Counted from the first letter of the stretch, positions 39,590-49,306 are shown. The stretch: 64,000 bases of DNA from Alphaproteobacteria bacterium (GCA_025360605.1 JANYBV010000057.1:2033-66032), one strand, 5' to 3'. A program made the numbers and translations. The notes: generated by a model not told the origin, from the sequence alone.

Positions 39590-42124
39590 ATGACTTTATA
39601 TGGAGCATTATACGCAAGCGTCGCGGGTCTTAGTGCACAGAGTAATAAACTCGGTGTTATTTCCGACAACATCGCCAACGTGAACACTGTTGGTTACAAG
39701 GCAGCGTCTTCGACGTTTGCCGCGCTGGTAACCGGAAGCGGTAACGTCAGTGCATACACACCAGGTGGTGTATTGGGTGGCAGTCAGGCACTGGTGACAA
39801 CACAGGGGTTGTTGCAAACAACCACTTCCGCTACTGATATTGCCATATCTGGGCAGGGTTTCTTTGTAGTGAACCAAAAGCCAGATCAGACGGGGCAGGT
39901 TCTCTACACACGTGCAGGATCATTTACGCAGGATGCGCAGGGCAATTTTACGAATACGGCCGGTTTATTCCTTCAGGCATGGCCTCTGGACAGGAATGGC
40001 TTGCTGCCAGGCCAACCAGGCAATCTGAACACTGTTTCAAGCGCCAACTTATCCAGCTTGAACACGGTAAACGTGCAAAATCTGGCAGGTACTGCATCGG
40101 CAACGTCTTTAGTCTCTATCGGTGCTAATCTTAAATCATCACAATCCGTTTTATTAGGTGCGGGTGGTACAGCTACTTTGGATAAACTGGACACATCCAA
40201 CTATCCCGTCAATGGAGCTGCGCTTATTGTTCCTACGGCGGTTGATAGCATTGTCAGGGGAGATAAAATCAATATCTCTACGGGTGCCAACTCCGCAGGT
40301 TACACCTTCACCTATGGTGGTATCAGCCAAGGCCGCGACATTATTTCAGGCGCTAATGGTGACTTGGCGGTGGCGCTTAAAGCAGGCACCAAATCAGCAA
40401 ATGCTGCAGCCGGTTTTGACACTACCAACGGTAGTAACGTGATTACCGTTCACGCGACAGGCCATGGGCTTGCAACCGGAGATGCGATTACATTTTCTGC
40501 ATTCCCGCAAGCCACTCTTAGCAACGTTCCGGCAGCTATATTCTTAAGCAACCAGTTTAAGGTAAACGTGATTGACGCTAACAACTTTACCATCACGCTT
40601 CCCGTTGGCACCACCCCGCCAAACGCGACTACGGGTGCACCGACTGGCGATGCTACGATTGTAACGCGTCCTTATGCAGGGAATATCCTTGATGCAACCA
40701 ATGCATCGTCACCGCTGCTTGGGGTTACAGGGACAACGAATATTGATCCGAACGGGCTCTCATTCACCATCTTTACTCCGGCTTCAGGCACAGTAAAGTT
40801 TACCTACACCGCATCCACGCCAAACGCATCCCTGCATCAGTTTAGTACCCTCAACAACCTTGCGGATGCCATTAATGCGACCACAGGGCTCACTTCACGT
40901 GTCGTAGCCAACAGCCATTTATGGATTGGTGCGACCGATGCGACACAGGCGGTCACCTTTGCAAACGTGCAATCCACCACTAGCGGTGGCGCACCAGCAG
41001 CAACTCCTGTGCTTGCAGGGGTGGACTGGGTGCGTGAATTAGGATTGAGTAACGTTGCAAGTGGTGCCAATCGCTTCTCGTCACTCAACTCGCTTGCCGC
41101 GCTTGTAAACGCATCGGCGGGCTTAACCGGAGCTGTAGAAAACCCTCTGGCGACAGCGGATCTGAAGATCAACGTGGTTGATCCAACGGATACGATTACA
41201 TTTAAAGATGTCAATACCAATACCGGCAGTCTTATTTCGCAATTAGGTCTGGCTAATTCACAAAACAGTGGTGCTGTCAGCTTGCAGACTGTCGGACCAA
41301 CCGGTCCTGCGTATAACGCACAGGTGTCAGCCAATAACATGGCATCCGGTTCGATTTCACCACAATTCAGCCGTCCGGTAACCGTATATGATGGTTTGGG
41401 AACAGCACATAACCTGAACGTTGCTTTTGCAAAACTGCAAAACAACACATGGGCAGTAGAAATTTATGCGCAGCCTGTCAGTGATATTGCTGCGTCTAAC
41501 GCTACCTTCATCAACGGTCAGGTCGCTACCGGTACGATTAAGTTCAACGGTGACGGCAGTTTGCAGAACGTAAGTGCTTCACTCACCGCGCCTATCGCGG
41601 TTAACTGGACGAACGGTTCTGTGGCTAGCACTATCAACTTTAATTTCGGAACACAAGGTTTGCCATTTGGTACGCCTAACGCTACTCAGATTGGTAAGAC
41701 CGATGGTTTAAGCCAGTTTGATAGTGGTTACAACGTATCGTTCGTAAACCAGAACGGTGCGCCGGTCGGATCGCTGACCGCGATCGCAATTGATAGTAAC
41801 GGCTATATTACGGCTAGTTACAGCAATGGTGAAACCCAGAAACTGTACAAAATACCTCTGGCCTCGTTCACTGATGCTAACTTGTTGCAAGCTGCCTCCG
41901 GCGATGCGTATGCGCAGTCGAATGGCTCGGGTATCGTCAACCTGAAACAATCAGGGCAAAGCGGCGTGGGGTCTATTTCGTCAGGTGCATTAGAGTCGTC
42001 CAACGTGGAATTGGCTTCGCAGCTTACGGATATGATCGTTGCGCAGCGTGCGTATCAGGCGAACAGTAAGGTCATTCAGACCGCAGATAACCTGTTGCAA
42101 AGTTTGGATCAGATTATTCAGTAA
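39590..42124 (+). CDS. flgE: Hook protein FlgE (844 aa, large insertions)
   Basis: SDNIANVNTVGYK, DIAISGQGFFVV, YTRAGSF, LESSNV.L...LTDMIVAQRAYQAN. Confidence 0.95.
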   Translation: MTLYGALYASVAGLSAQSNKLGVISDNIANVNTVGYKAASSTFAALVTGSGNVSAYTPGGVLGGSQALVTTQGLLQTTTSATDIAISGQGFFVVNQKPDQTGQVLYTRAGSFTQDAQGNFTNTAGLFLQAWPLDRNGLLPGQPGNLNTVSSANLSSLNTVNVQNLAGTASATSLVSIGANLKSSQSVLLGAGGTATLDKLDTSNYPVNGAALIVPTAVDSIVRGDKINISTGANSAGYTFTYGGISQGRDIISGANGDLAVALKAGTKSANAAAGFDTTNGSNVITVHATGHGLATGDAITFSAFPQATLSNVPAAIFLSNQFKVNVIDANNFTITLPVGTTPPNATTGAPTGDATIVTRPYAGNILDATNASSPLLGVTGTTNIDPNGLSFTIFTPASGTVKFTYTASTPNASLHQFSTLNNLADAINATTGLTSRVVANSHLWIGATDATQAVTFANVQSTTSGGAPAATPVLAGVDWVRELGLSNVASGANRFSSLNSLAALVNASAGLTGAVENPLATADLKINVVDPTDTITFKDVNTNTGSLISQLGLANSQNSGAVSLQTVGPTGPAYNAQVSANNMASGSISPQFSRPVTVYDGLGTAHNLNVAFAKLQNNTWAVEIYAQPVSDIAASNATFINGQVATGTIKFNGDGSLQNVSASLTAPIAVNWTNGSVASTINFNFGTQGLPFGTPNATQIGKTDGLSQFDSGYNVSFVNQNGAPVGSLTAIAIDSNGYITASYSNGETQKLYKIPLASFTDANLLQAASGDAYAQSNGSGIVNLKQSGQSGVGSISSGALESSNVELASQLTDMIVAQRAYQANSKVIQTADNLLQSLDQIIQ

Positions 42125-42151
42125 TTTCTTATTAGGAATCATTGACTTCAT

Positions 42152-42199
42152 AACACTGCTGCAATTTCCTCTAAAAAAGGAGATTGCAGCAGTGTTTTT
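42152..42199 (+). terminator. Intrinsic terminator after flgE
   Basis: AACACTGCTGCAATTTCCT/AGGAGATTGCAGCAGTGTT stem followed by T-run. Confidence 0.8.
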
Positions 42200-42420
42200 G
42201 GTGGGCTGCGCAGGCATAGCTTTACGGAAACTCAATTGTTAACAAACTGTTCTTAATAGTAAATTCTTTGTTGATAGAAGTTGACAAACGGATGGAAATT
42301 ATCTACTACAGTATGCGTAACGTGACAAAGGTGCGGCCATATATAGTTTTTTACTATGCATTGCCATATCATCGTGATAGTTAATAAACAAAGTTAACCT
42401 TTCTATTTTGCAAGGACACT

Positions 42421-42753
42421 GTGATGAAAAAAATTGATCTGACGTCCAAGCGGATTACTTCGCATATCACGAAGAAATCAGCTGAGGCAGAACCAGAGAT
42501 TACCAACATGATGCTGGATGCCCGTTACTTGCGTCAATCGTCGTCACTAATTCAGGATTCTTTGCAAAAAGGTTTTGACGTGTTGCAACTGGCTAACGGC
42601 GATATCGTCGCTACCGGAACTAAAACGGTCGTGTATCATTACAGCTGGGATCAGGAAAAAGGCAAACTGGTCAAATCAAAACCGGATGCAGGCCGCAAAC
42701 AACGCCGCGCTAACGTTGAAGAAGACGAAGAAATCGAAAGCGAAGACGCATAA
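42421..42753 (+). CDS. DUF2671-like protein
   Basis: Y...SSSLI.DSLQKG.DV.QL.NGDI......V.Y.Y.WD.EKGKLVK resembles the Rickettsiales DUF2671 family from memory. Confidence 0.7.
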   Translation: MMKKIDLTSKRITSHITKKSAEAEPEITNMMLDARYLRQSSSLIQDSLQKGFDVLQLANGDIVATGTKTVVYHYSWDQEKGKLVKSKPDAGRKQRRANVEEDEEIESEDA

Positions 42754-42782
42754 TACCTGCTTCCTTCGTACAATTTCCCTAT

Positions 42783-43049
42783 CTAGTGAATATTGAATTC
42801 GCCCTTACAGAAGGTGAGCTTTGCGGGCATTACCAGCTCTACGGTTGCGATCTTGACTGAGTGGAGCTTGCCCTCAATTTCTTTTTCCCAGAACGATAAA
42901 AATTTATTCAGTACAGGAAATTTTGGGGCAATGTCGAGCTCTTGCCAGATAAAGCTTTGCAGCAATACGGGGTGGTCAGGCATATGATACAGAATCTCTG
43001 CTGTGGTCAAACGGTAATCATGAAGCAGCATTTGCTCGAAATCAGACAT
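42783..43049 (-). CDS. usg: Usg-family protein
   Basis: YRLTTAEILYHMPDHP.LLQSFIWQ..D.AP.FP.L..FL.FW...IEG.LHSV. Confidence 0.9.
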   Translation of the reverse strand: MSDFEQMLLHDYRLTTAEILYHMPDHPVLLQSFIWQELDIAPKFPVLNKFLSFWEKEIEGKLHSVKIATVELVMPAKLTFCKGEFNIH

Positions 43050-43343
43050 CGTATACTCCCATAGTATTGGGCCATAATTTTGGGAAAAAATTATCTTCCC
43101 TCCCTTGTATTATACCCTAAAAAACAATGAGAATCAGCAATAAATTGAATGGCGTTTTTCGATAAGAGGCTGATTATGAAGACATTAAATACAATAAGAA
43201 CTGGATCAAAAAACCAAATCATGCTACACTCTTTAACCTCCTGAAACAGATGAATCTCAGAAAACCTGTTTACATCTGCCTCTCTTTCGCATAATAGCAG
43301 AAGACCTTGAGTTGTAGTTATACTCTAAATCCCAATTTTCTAA

Positions 43344-43419
43344 GGGCCGTTAGCTCAGTTGGTAGAGCGGTTGACTCTTAATCAATAGGTCACTGGTTCG
43401 ATCCCAGTACGGCCCACCA
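43344..43419 (+). tRNA. tRNA-Lys (anticodon CTT)
   Basis: GGGCCGT/ACGGCCC acceptor, GTTGA-CTCTTAA-TCAAT anticodon arm, GGTTCGATCC, CCA; 76 nt. Confidence 0.97.
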
Positions 43420-43463
43420 TTTAATTCAATGCCTTACCAAAAGGCATCACATCAAAAAATATT

Positions 43464-43485
43464 CTGTGTCCGTCTAGTGTCCGCC
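43464..43485 (+). repeat. Putative integrase arm-type sites, left end
   Basis: Two GTGTCCG copies 11 bp apart; 20/22 identical to 51904-51925. Confidence 0.7.
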
Positions 43486-43773
43486 TCAGGCGTAAACTAA
43501 GCGCTGCATTCATTCATGCGCTTTGTCGCAGTGACTGCCAATTACAGCTGCAATACCCTGCATATGCAGCTTTAGCGATCCCACCCCCTGGGGGTAGGGT
43601 GAATGGCAATCTCGCAGGCACGCGCACCCCGTCCGACTAATTTGCGGTCAAAAGCTAAATCTGCCGACTTGGAGAAATCCGGCTTATTTCTCCAAATGTT
43701 TTCACATTCTCTTTGTGCAGTAATCTTGAGGTTGCTTATTGCAACTCCAGTCAATTCATAAGGAGTGAAATAT

Positions 43774-43986
43774 ATGTCGATAGATTTATTGGGTGATGAA
43801 TATCTTGAGGAAGCTGAAACAGCTACTGCTCTAGGTAGGAAAGTCAATACGCTGAGAGTGTGGTCAGTACGTAGAAAGGGGCCACCCCGGATAAAGGTCG
43901 GCAGGAAAGTATTTTACAAGAAAAGTTCCTTAAAAACCTACCTGGACAGTCAAGAGACTCATCAACCTCTTTTGGATGGGAGGTAA
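43774..43986 (+). CDS. AlpA/excisionase-like HTH protein
   Basis: YL.E.E.A..LG.KVNTLR.W..RRKGPP.IKVGRKV.Y; AGGAG SD. Confidence 0.85.
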   Translation: MSIDLLGDEYLEEAETATALGRKVNTLRVWSVRRKGPPRIKVGRKVFYKKSSLKTYLDSQETHQPLLDGR

Positions 43987-43991
43987 TAGCA

Positions 43992-44771
43992 ATGACGAAA
44001 GAATCCCAAAATCCTAGCGACTCAGTCATTGCATTGAGCATATTTGAAAATGATGGCCATGCAACATTAAGCAAACGTCTTGTCTTAAACGATGCAGGAA
44101 AGTTAGATAAATTCGCCGTTGCTAATCTGGTTCATGGGCGCGTGCGACGCGTGGAATGTGCTTCGCTACGCGAAGTATGTTCCCTGATGCGGAATTTGCC
44201 GCCGCACAAAGCGGCAGCTTTTGGCGTATGTGACCATACTGAGGCGTTGGTGCTTTCGCAGCGGCGGGCAGTAGATTATAACGGAAGTGAAATAATGGTA
44301 ACGCGAACGCGGGGCAATTTTCATTGGCCGGATGGCCCAGGCGTTATTCTCTTTGACTATGATCCTCCTCCCAACACCTCCGCACTGGATGCTGAGAATC
44401 TGGTAAAGGTATTACGCCAGGCGGCTCCTGAATTGCGGTGGGTAGAATTAGCAGTAAAGCCAAGCACCTCAAGCTGTATTTATAGAGAGGATGGTACAGA
44501 GCTGCGTGGTGTGCGCGGGCAACATGTTTTCGCCATTGTAAAAAATGCTCATGAAATACCGGAAATAGGCCAGATAGTAGCGGATCGTTTATGGCTGGCA
44601 GGACATGGATATATTGCCATCGGCGGTAGTGGCAATCTTCTTGAAAGAACTATTACGGATACCAGCGTTTGGCAGCCCGAGCGCCTGATATTCGGAAGCG
44701 CGGAATGTGGGCACGGCATAATGCAACGTTTTCCTGAGCTTTATATTTCGCCGGGCATGGAGATGATATGA
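43992..44771 (+). CDS. Archaeo-eukaryotic primase-like domain protein
   Basis: hhhDxD (ILFDYD), S..S...G.H (PSTSS...GQHVF), distal D (TDTSVWQPERL). Confidence 0.65.
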   Translation: MTKESQNPSDSVIALSIFENDGHATLSKRLVLNDAGKLDKFAVANLVHGRVRRVECASLREVCSLMRNLPPHKAAAFGVCDHTEALVLSQRRAVDYNGSEIMVTRTRGNFHWPDGPGVILFDYDPPPNTSALDAENLVKVLRQAAPELRWVELAVKPSTSSCIYREDGTELRGVRGQHVFAIVKNAHEIPEIGQIVADRLWLAGHGYIAIGGSGNLLERTITDTSVWQPERLIFGSAECGHGIMQRFPELYISPGMEMI

Positions 44772-46552
44772 TGGAAGAAGAAGGCTGGATCGGGTCAGGT
44801 TCCATTAGCTCGCTGACCAATGAAGAACATACACTGATAGGTAAAATTAAATCTGGTGCCAAAGCTCTTAAAGAGATTGAGGCAAAAGCGAAACGTGCAG
44901 CATGGGCGCAGAAACGTGCTGAGGAGGCCGCAAAGCGTGATGGTAAAGAGAACGATGCGGAAACTATCACATCGTATCGTGAGCAATTTTATAAAGCTGC
45001 TGAGGAGGGAAACGCTCTTCCTCCCGATTTAGTGCTTTACCCGCAGAGCGGAGGTACGGTAACGGTGGCTGAAATTCTAGCGAATCCCGATAAATGGGAT
45101 AGTGAGCGATTTGCTGACCCGCTAGAACCGGATTATGGCAATGATCCCCGCATTGCCTTCGCAGTGCTTAAGAATACGCCAGTGCCATATATATATTCGC
45201 ACGCACATGGCGAAATACGCCATTACCTAGAACGTCAGCCGGATGCTTCTGAGGAATTTGCAAATGTTGACAGTAACTATGAGAATTCGACAGAAAAGGC
45301 GCAGGATTTTGACTTAGGATTCGATCCGGCAAAATTGCCTGGCCTGATAGGTGATACGGTACGGTGGATAATTTCCACCTCTGACCAGCCCCGTGCCGAT
45401 ATCGCTCTATATAACGTTCTCGCCTTTGCGGGTGCAGTGTTTGGGCGCCAGTACGAATCACCTAAGCGTACACGAACAAATGTGTATGTTGTAGGAACCG
45501 GTGAAACCGGTGCTGGCAAGAACCACAGTCGCCAGGCGGTTACGCGATTGGCCAAAGAGTCAGGATTATTGGACTTCCTTGGAGGGAATTCCATACGATC
45601 CGATACCGGCATGTTGCGCGGGTTAATGCGCATTGGGTGCCGAGTGCTTATGCTCGATGAATTTGGTCAATTACTAAAAGCTATTAGCGACACGAATGCA
45701 TCGCCACATCACCGAGCGATTATGCGAGTCTTAATGATACTTTATTCCGATTCAAACAGCACATATCACCATGGGGATTACGCTGATCGAAAAGAAGAGC
45801 CTATTATTATCCATGATCCGAATCTTTGCATTTTTGGCACGACGACCGAATCCGAATATATTCGAGCATTAAATAAATCGGCCATCGAAAGCGGAGAGTT
45901 AAATCGCTTCATCGTGCTGCCTATGGATTCCAGCAAGCGCCAACCTCTGAGGAATTTACCGCCGCAACATATCCCGGACGAACTGATACAAGCATGGAGC
46001 GTGTTTTCTCCTGACTTTGCATGTTTTCGCGGTATCGTGGATAGCGATAGGGGAAGCACATCGCCGTTTGTTATACCTTGGGGGGAGTGCGATGATTCGC
46101 AGTACCGCGTCCGCTGTGAGCAGGAAGAGATACGGTGCGGTTCGTCGCCAACACGTTCCTTATGGAGCCGGTTCCATGAAAATACAATAAAAATAGCGAT
46201 GATATTATCTATTGGAAGGAATGTAAAAAACCCGACGTTCTATATGGATGATTTTATTATTGCAGAGAAACTGGTGCGGGCTTCAATTAGGTATATGGAA
46301 AACTTAGCTGAAAACCATATGGCGGAAACACCGCACGAGGCTCAGCAGCATGAGATGCTAAATTATATCAAGCAATATTCAAACGGCGTATCGCGTGAGC
46401 AGCTCGGTAGAAAGTTTCGTAGGTTGCAGGGGCGGGAGATCGGGAATCTCTTATCGGATATGCTTGCCCAGGGCGTAATAACAGAGATCAAAATTAATGA
46501 ACGTCAACAAGGCGGCGGTAAACCGCGAACAATTTATAGATTTAAAGGATAA
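44768..46552 (+). CDS. Replication helicase-like NTPase (DUF3987-like) with C-terminal winged helix
   Basis: Walker A GETGAGKN, Walker B VLMLDEFG, G.LNRF arginine finger. Confidence 0.75.
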   Translation: MMEEEGWIGSGSISSLTNEEHTLIGKIKSGAKALKEIEAKAKRAAWAQKRAEEAAKRDGKENDAETITSYREQFYKAAEEGNALPPDLVLYPQSGGTVTVAEILANPDKWDSERFADPLEPDYGNDPRIAFAVLKNTPVPYIYSHAHGEIRHYLERQPDASEEFANVDSNYENSTEKAQDFDLGFDPAKLPGLIGDTVRWIISTSDQPRADIALYNVLAFAGAVFGRQYESPKRTRTNVYVVGTGETGAGKNHSRQAVTRLAKESGLLDFLGGNSIRSDTGMLRGLMRIGCRVLMLDEFGQLLKAISDTNASPHHRAIMRVLMILYSDSNSTYHHGDYADRKEEPIIIHDPNLCIFGTTTESEYIRALNKSAIESGELNRFIVLPMDSSKRQPLRNLPPQHIPDELIQAWSVFSPDFACFRGIVDSDRGSTSPFVIPWGECDDSQYRVRCEQEEIRCGSSPTRSLWSRFHENTIKIAMILSIGRNVKNPTFYMDDFIIAEKLVRASIRYMENLAENHMAETPHEAQQHEMLNYIKQYSNGVSREQLGRKFRRLQGREIGNLLSDMLAQGVITEIKINERQQGGGKPRTIYRFKG

Positions 46553-46726
46553 CCATGCATCCCATACTATCCATACCACCTATGCATAACCTTTTCTCTC
46601 TTTTCTTAAAGAAAACCGGATTAAGGAATTATGGGAAGTATGGGATGTATGGAAATATATATTAAAATCATTATTAAAATACAGTATTTTGTAATTATGC
46701 CATACATCCGCCATAGTCACCCATAC
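46553..46726. repeat. Putative replication origin with CCATAC iterons
   Basis: CCATAC at 46562, 46571, 46700, 46721; inverted GTATGG at 46638, 46647; AT-rich core 46653-46697; directly after the helicase gene. Confidence 0.6.
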
Positions 46727-46809
46727 ACAACGTTTTCTGAATCGGTTTCTTTAAGATGCGGCAAGTGTTGTGCCGAATATATCAAACCCTACTAACGGAG
46801 GCCGTAAAC

Positions 46810-47085
46810 ATGACCATTAATGAATTTGGTTTTCCTACCAAGCCGGAGATAGGCATCTTTTACCTGATGAAAAGTTGGTATTATGTACTTATACGGGCGC
46901 AGCGATATACACGCAAAGACGGGCAGCCGAGTGCTATATTAACGTGGGGTAGTACCTGCACAACCTGCTGTAGGCATTTTACGGTTACAACGACGGTTAG
47001 GGGACAGCAATATGTTACCAGAAAATGCCCGCTTCATCGCAAGCACCGCGGCCGTGTCCGTAAAATCAAAGTTGAAGTTTTATAA
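46810..47085 (+). CDS. Small basic Zn-ribbon-like hypothetical protein
   Basis: GGAGG SD; CTTC...F...RKCPLH. Confidence 0.6.
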   Translation: MTINEFGFPTKPEIGIFYLMKSWYYVLIRAQRYTRKDGQPSAILTWGSTCTTCCRHFTVTTTVRGQQYVTRKCPLHRKHRGRVRKIKVEVL

Positions 47086-47093
47086 ATGAAATA

Positions 47094-47632
47094 CTAATAG
47101 GCCGTTCCTTCGTCCCAAAGCTTTTGCCAGTTCTCAATAAATTCCGTCGCCAGTTTCTTATTGTTCTTGATGACTACCACGTTTTCGGCATTTCGGCGCT
47201 CGGCGCTGGCGGTGTAGTTGAAACTACCGGTTTCGACTGTTTTACCATCAATGACGAGGTATTTGTTATGCATGATGGCGTAGTGGCTATTGATGCGGAT
47301 GGGAATACCGGCGTCCTGCATGTCTTCGATGGCGCGGTAGTGGCGGCTGCCTTGCCCTTTATCCAGTAATACCCTCACCTCCACCCCGCGCTGGCGGGCG
47401 TCGATCAGTGCGTCGGCAATCTTGTAGGACGTGAATGAATAGCTGCCACGTCGATGCTGACCTTTGCATGGTCGATGGTGCGCTCTATCAGCTTAATGGC
47501 ATCCGGCGAAGGTAAAAAGGCTGCCTGCGTCGATTGCCGGGCGTGGGCCTCCCCTGCGCATGAAAGGGATAACAGGAGGCAAAGCAGGGAGACGGTAGAC
47601 CGTGTTATTAGCTGCTTCAATAGTGTTGTCAT
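47094..47632 (-). pseudogene. Frameshifted Nuc-like phospholipase D-family endonuclease
   Basis: Signal peptide and IDVAA in one frame; YSFTS.KIADAL..A.QRGVEVRVLLD and HNKYLVID...TGSFNY in the other; one base missing near 47441. Confidence 0.8.
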
Positions 47633-47667
47633 TGACACATGCACCGGCTCCTAGGTCTTTTTAATTT

Positions 47668-48423
47668 TCAGCAATTATTTTCGACACTGATTTCTTCCCC
47701 GCCAATGGCGGTTGGCAATGGTTCCAAATTCAAAAGTTTCTTATATAAAAGGCAAAGTGCGATGGCGCAATATGCCACTACAATATAATAAGTTACACTT
47801 AAAAATATAATCTGAACTGTTTCAGATCGTACTGATAAGATCACGTATTTATCGAATAAAGAAAACCCAATCCTAGGAACCGCCATAACCCAGAACAGTT
47901 TCCAAAATATTCCTGCACCTAATTGAGTGCCAAACGATATTGGGTGCGGTTGCTCATCAGCAGTAGCTGGAAGTATAAGTAAGAACCGAGGCAAAAGAAA
48001 GACGACACTAATTGCGGTGATGATTAGCACGAATAAAATCCGACCATCTAGCATCAGCAGCGAGGTATGAGATATGGTCAGAAAAGCGACAACACAGTAA
48101 CTAATAGCTGTGTAAGTGAGAAAGTAGACCTCCCGCTTACCAAAGCGTAATCTCAACAGCCGTCTTGTTTTATCGTTCCACTCCAGCAAGCGATAACGAT
48201 GTACTGCCAATATAAAAAGAGTGCTTGCAAACCACAATGCAATGGCGTCGCCGAATGTCTGTAGCCATTGCGCCCCACTCGCTACTACAATGAACGCTAA
48301 AACACAGCTTAAAATAATGGTAAGGACGTAAGATTTTATTGCCAAGATACAAAGTTTGTTAAAATCTTTAGCAAAGATGTCCCATGCTTCGCCCAGGATA
48401 TCACTTACCACAATTTCTTTCAT
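47668..48423 (-). CDS. Multi-pass membrane protein, AT-rich cargo
   Basis: About six hydrophobic segments; visibly lower GC than the flanks. Confidence 0.7.
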   Translation of the reverse strand: MKEIVVSDILGEAWDIFAKDFNKLCILAIKSYVLTIILSCVLAFIVVASGAQWLQTFGDAIALWFASTLFILAVHRYRLLEWNDKTRRLLRLRFGKREVYFLTYTAISYCVVAFLTISHTSLLMLDGRILFVLIITAISVVFLLPRFLLILPATADEQPHPISFGTQLGAGIFWKLFWVMAVPRIGFSLFDKYVILSVRSETVQIIFLSVTYYIVVAYCAIALCLLYKKLLNLEPLPTAIGGEEISVENNC

Positions 48424-48578
48424 ATACCCCCCGCAGAATATTTTAAAATCACTAGGCGTCCTGGTGCCGGAGAGTTTGCAAACCTATCATGTGAAAGTTT
48501 GCGTATATCTTGCCGCGAACCTGATAGTACATTGATGCAGGCTTGCCTTCTGGTCATGTTCTGTTGCGCTGCCATGTG

Positions 48579-48980
48579 CTACCTCTCCAAATCGCGTACA
48601 TGTGTTTCAGCGATGAGATTGTCCAAGTATTCATTGATTTCTTTGTCGGAGCGCTCTTCAGGAATCTGCTTATTATCTAACTCCTGTAGTATTTCTAGGC
48701 GCTTATCGGTGAACTCTTTTACTAAATCCATATAGGGGAATTTGACGCGCTTGAAGGCGGCAATTATTTGGGGATTAGAGCACTTGGCGGATTCCGCGTA
48801 TGTTTTGAATATCCCGGCATGACGCTGGTCTATACATATCCTTTTTCCGGGTACTGCCAAAGCCAGGGCATCATCAATTTGCTCATCGCGTTCTTTTCGC
48901 TGAAGTTCTGCCTGCTGCTGGATCGTGGCGCATCCGCAAAGCATGATAAGCGTGATAATTGAAACGATTCTATTCAGCAT
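48579..48980 (-). CDS. Hypothetical lipoprotein
   Basis: MLNRIVSIITLIMLCGC lipobox; GGAG SD. Confidence 0.7.
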   Translation of the reverse strand: MLNRIVSIITLIMLCGCATIQQQAELQRKERDEQIDDALALAVPGKRICIDQRHAGIFKTYAESAKCSNPQIIAAFKRVKFPYMDLVKEFTDKRLEILQELDNKQIPEERSDKEINEYLDNLIAETHVRDLER

Positions 48981-49306
48981 AACAGTCTCCTGAACATTGG
49001 AACGAAACCACCGAAATGTTAATCTCGGTGGCGTCGGGCTGTTCAAAAGCTGCGATAAAGTACAGCTACGGCGTTTTCGACCGAAGCCTGTTATATTTGC
49101 GCCGTCAACCCGACCTACACAGGTCGAGAGACGGCACCAATCACGGTTTGATGCCGAACCGCTTTATCAAGGGCTTTTGAAATCCCGGAGCTAGAACGAC
49201 TAGCTCTATGGCCAGCCTAGGATATTTTGAAGCGCTTGAAAAGCCGTTTTAAGGTGGTCTAGGGGGGTGAAATCTGTTAAAGTCTTGGCCTATAGAGGAA
49301 AATAGT

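Noticed and set aside
42239-42398. TTAA pairs upstream of the DUF2671-like gene as CtrA boxes
   Set aside because: Spacings are 10 and 9 nt, not 7
49187-49277. Hairpin and G-tract upstream of terS as a cos/pac site
   Set aside because: Plausible position but no diagnostic consensus can be verified by eye
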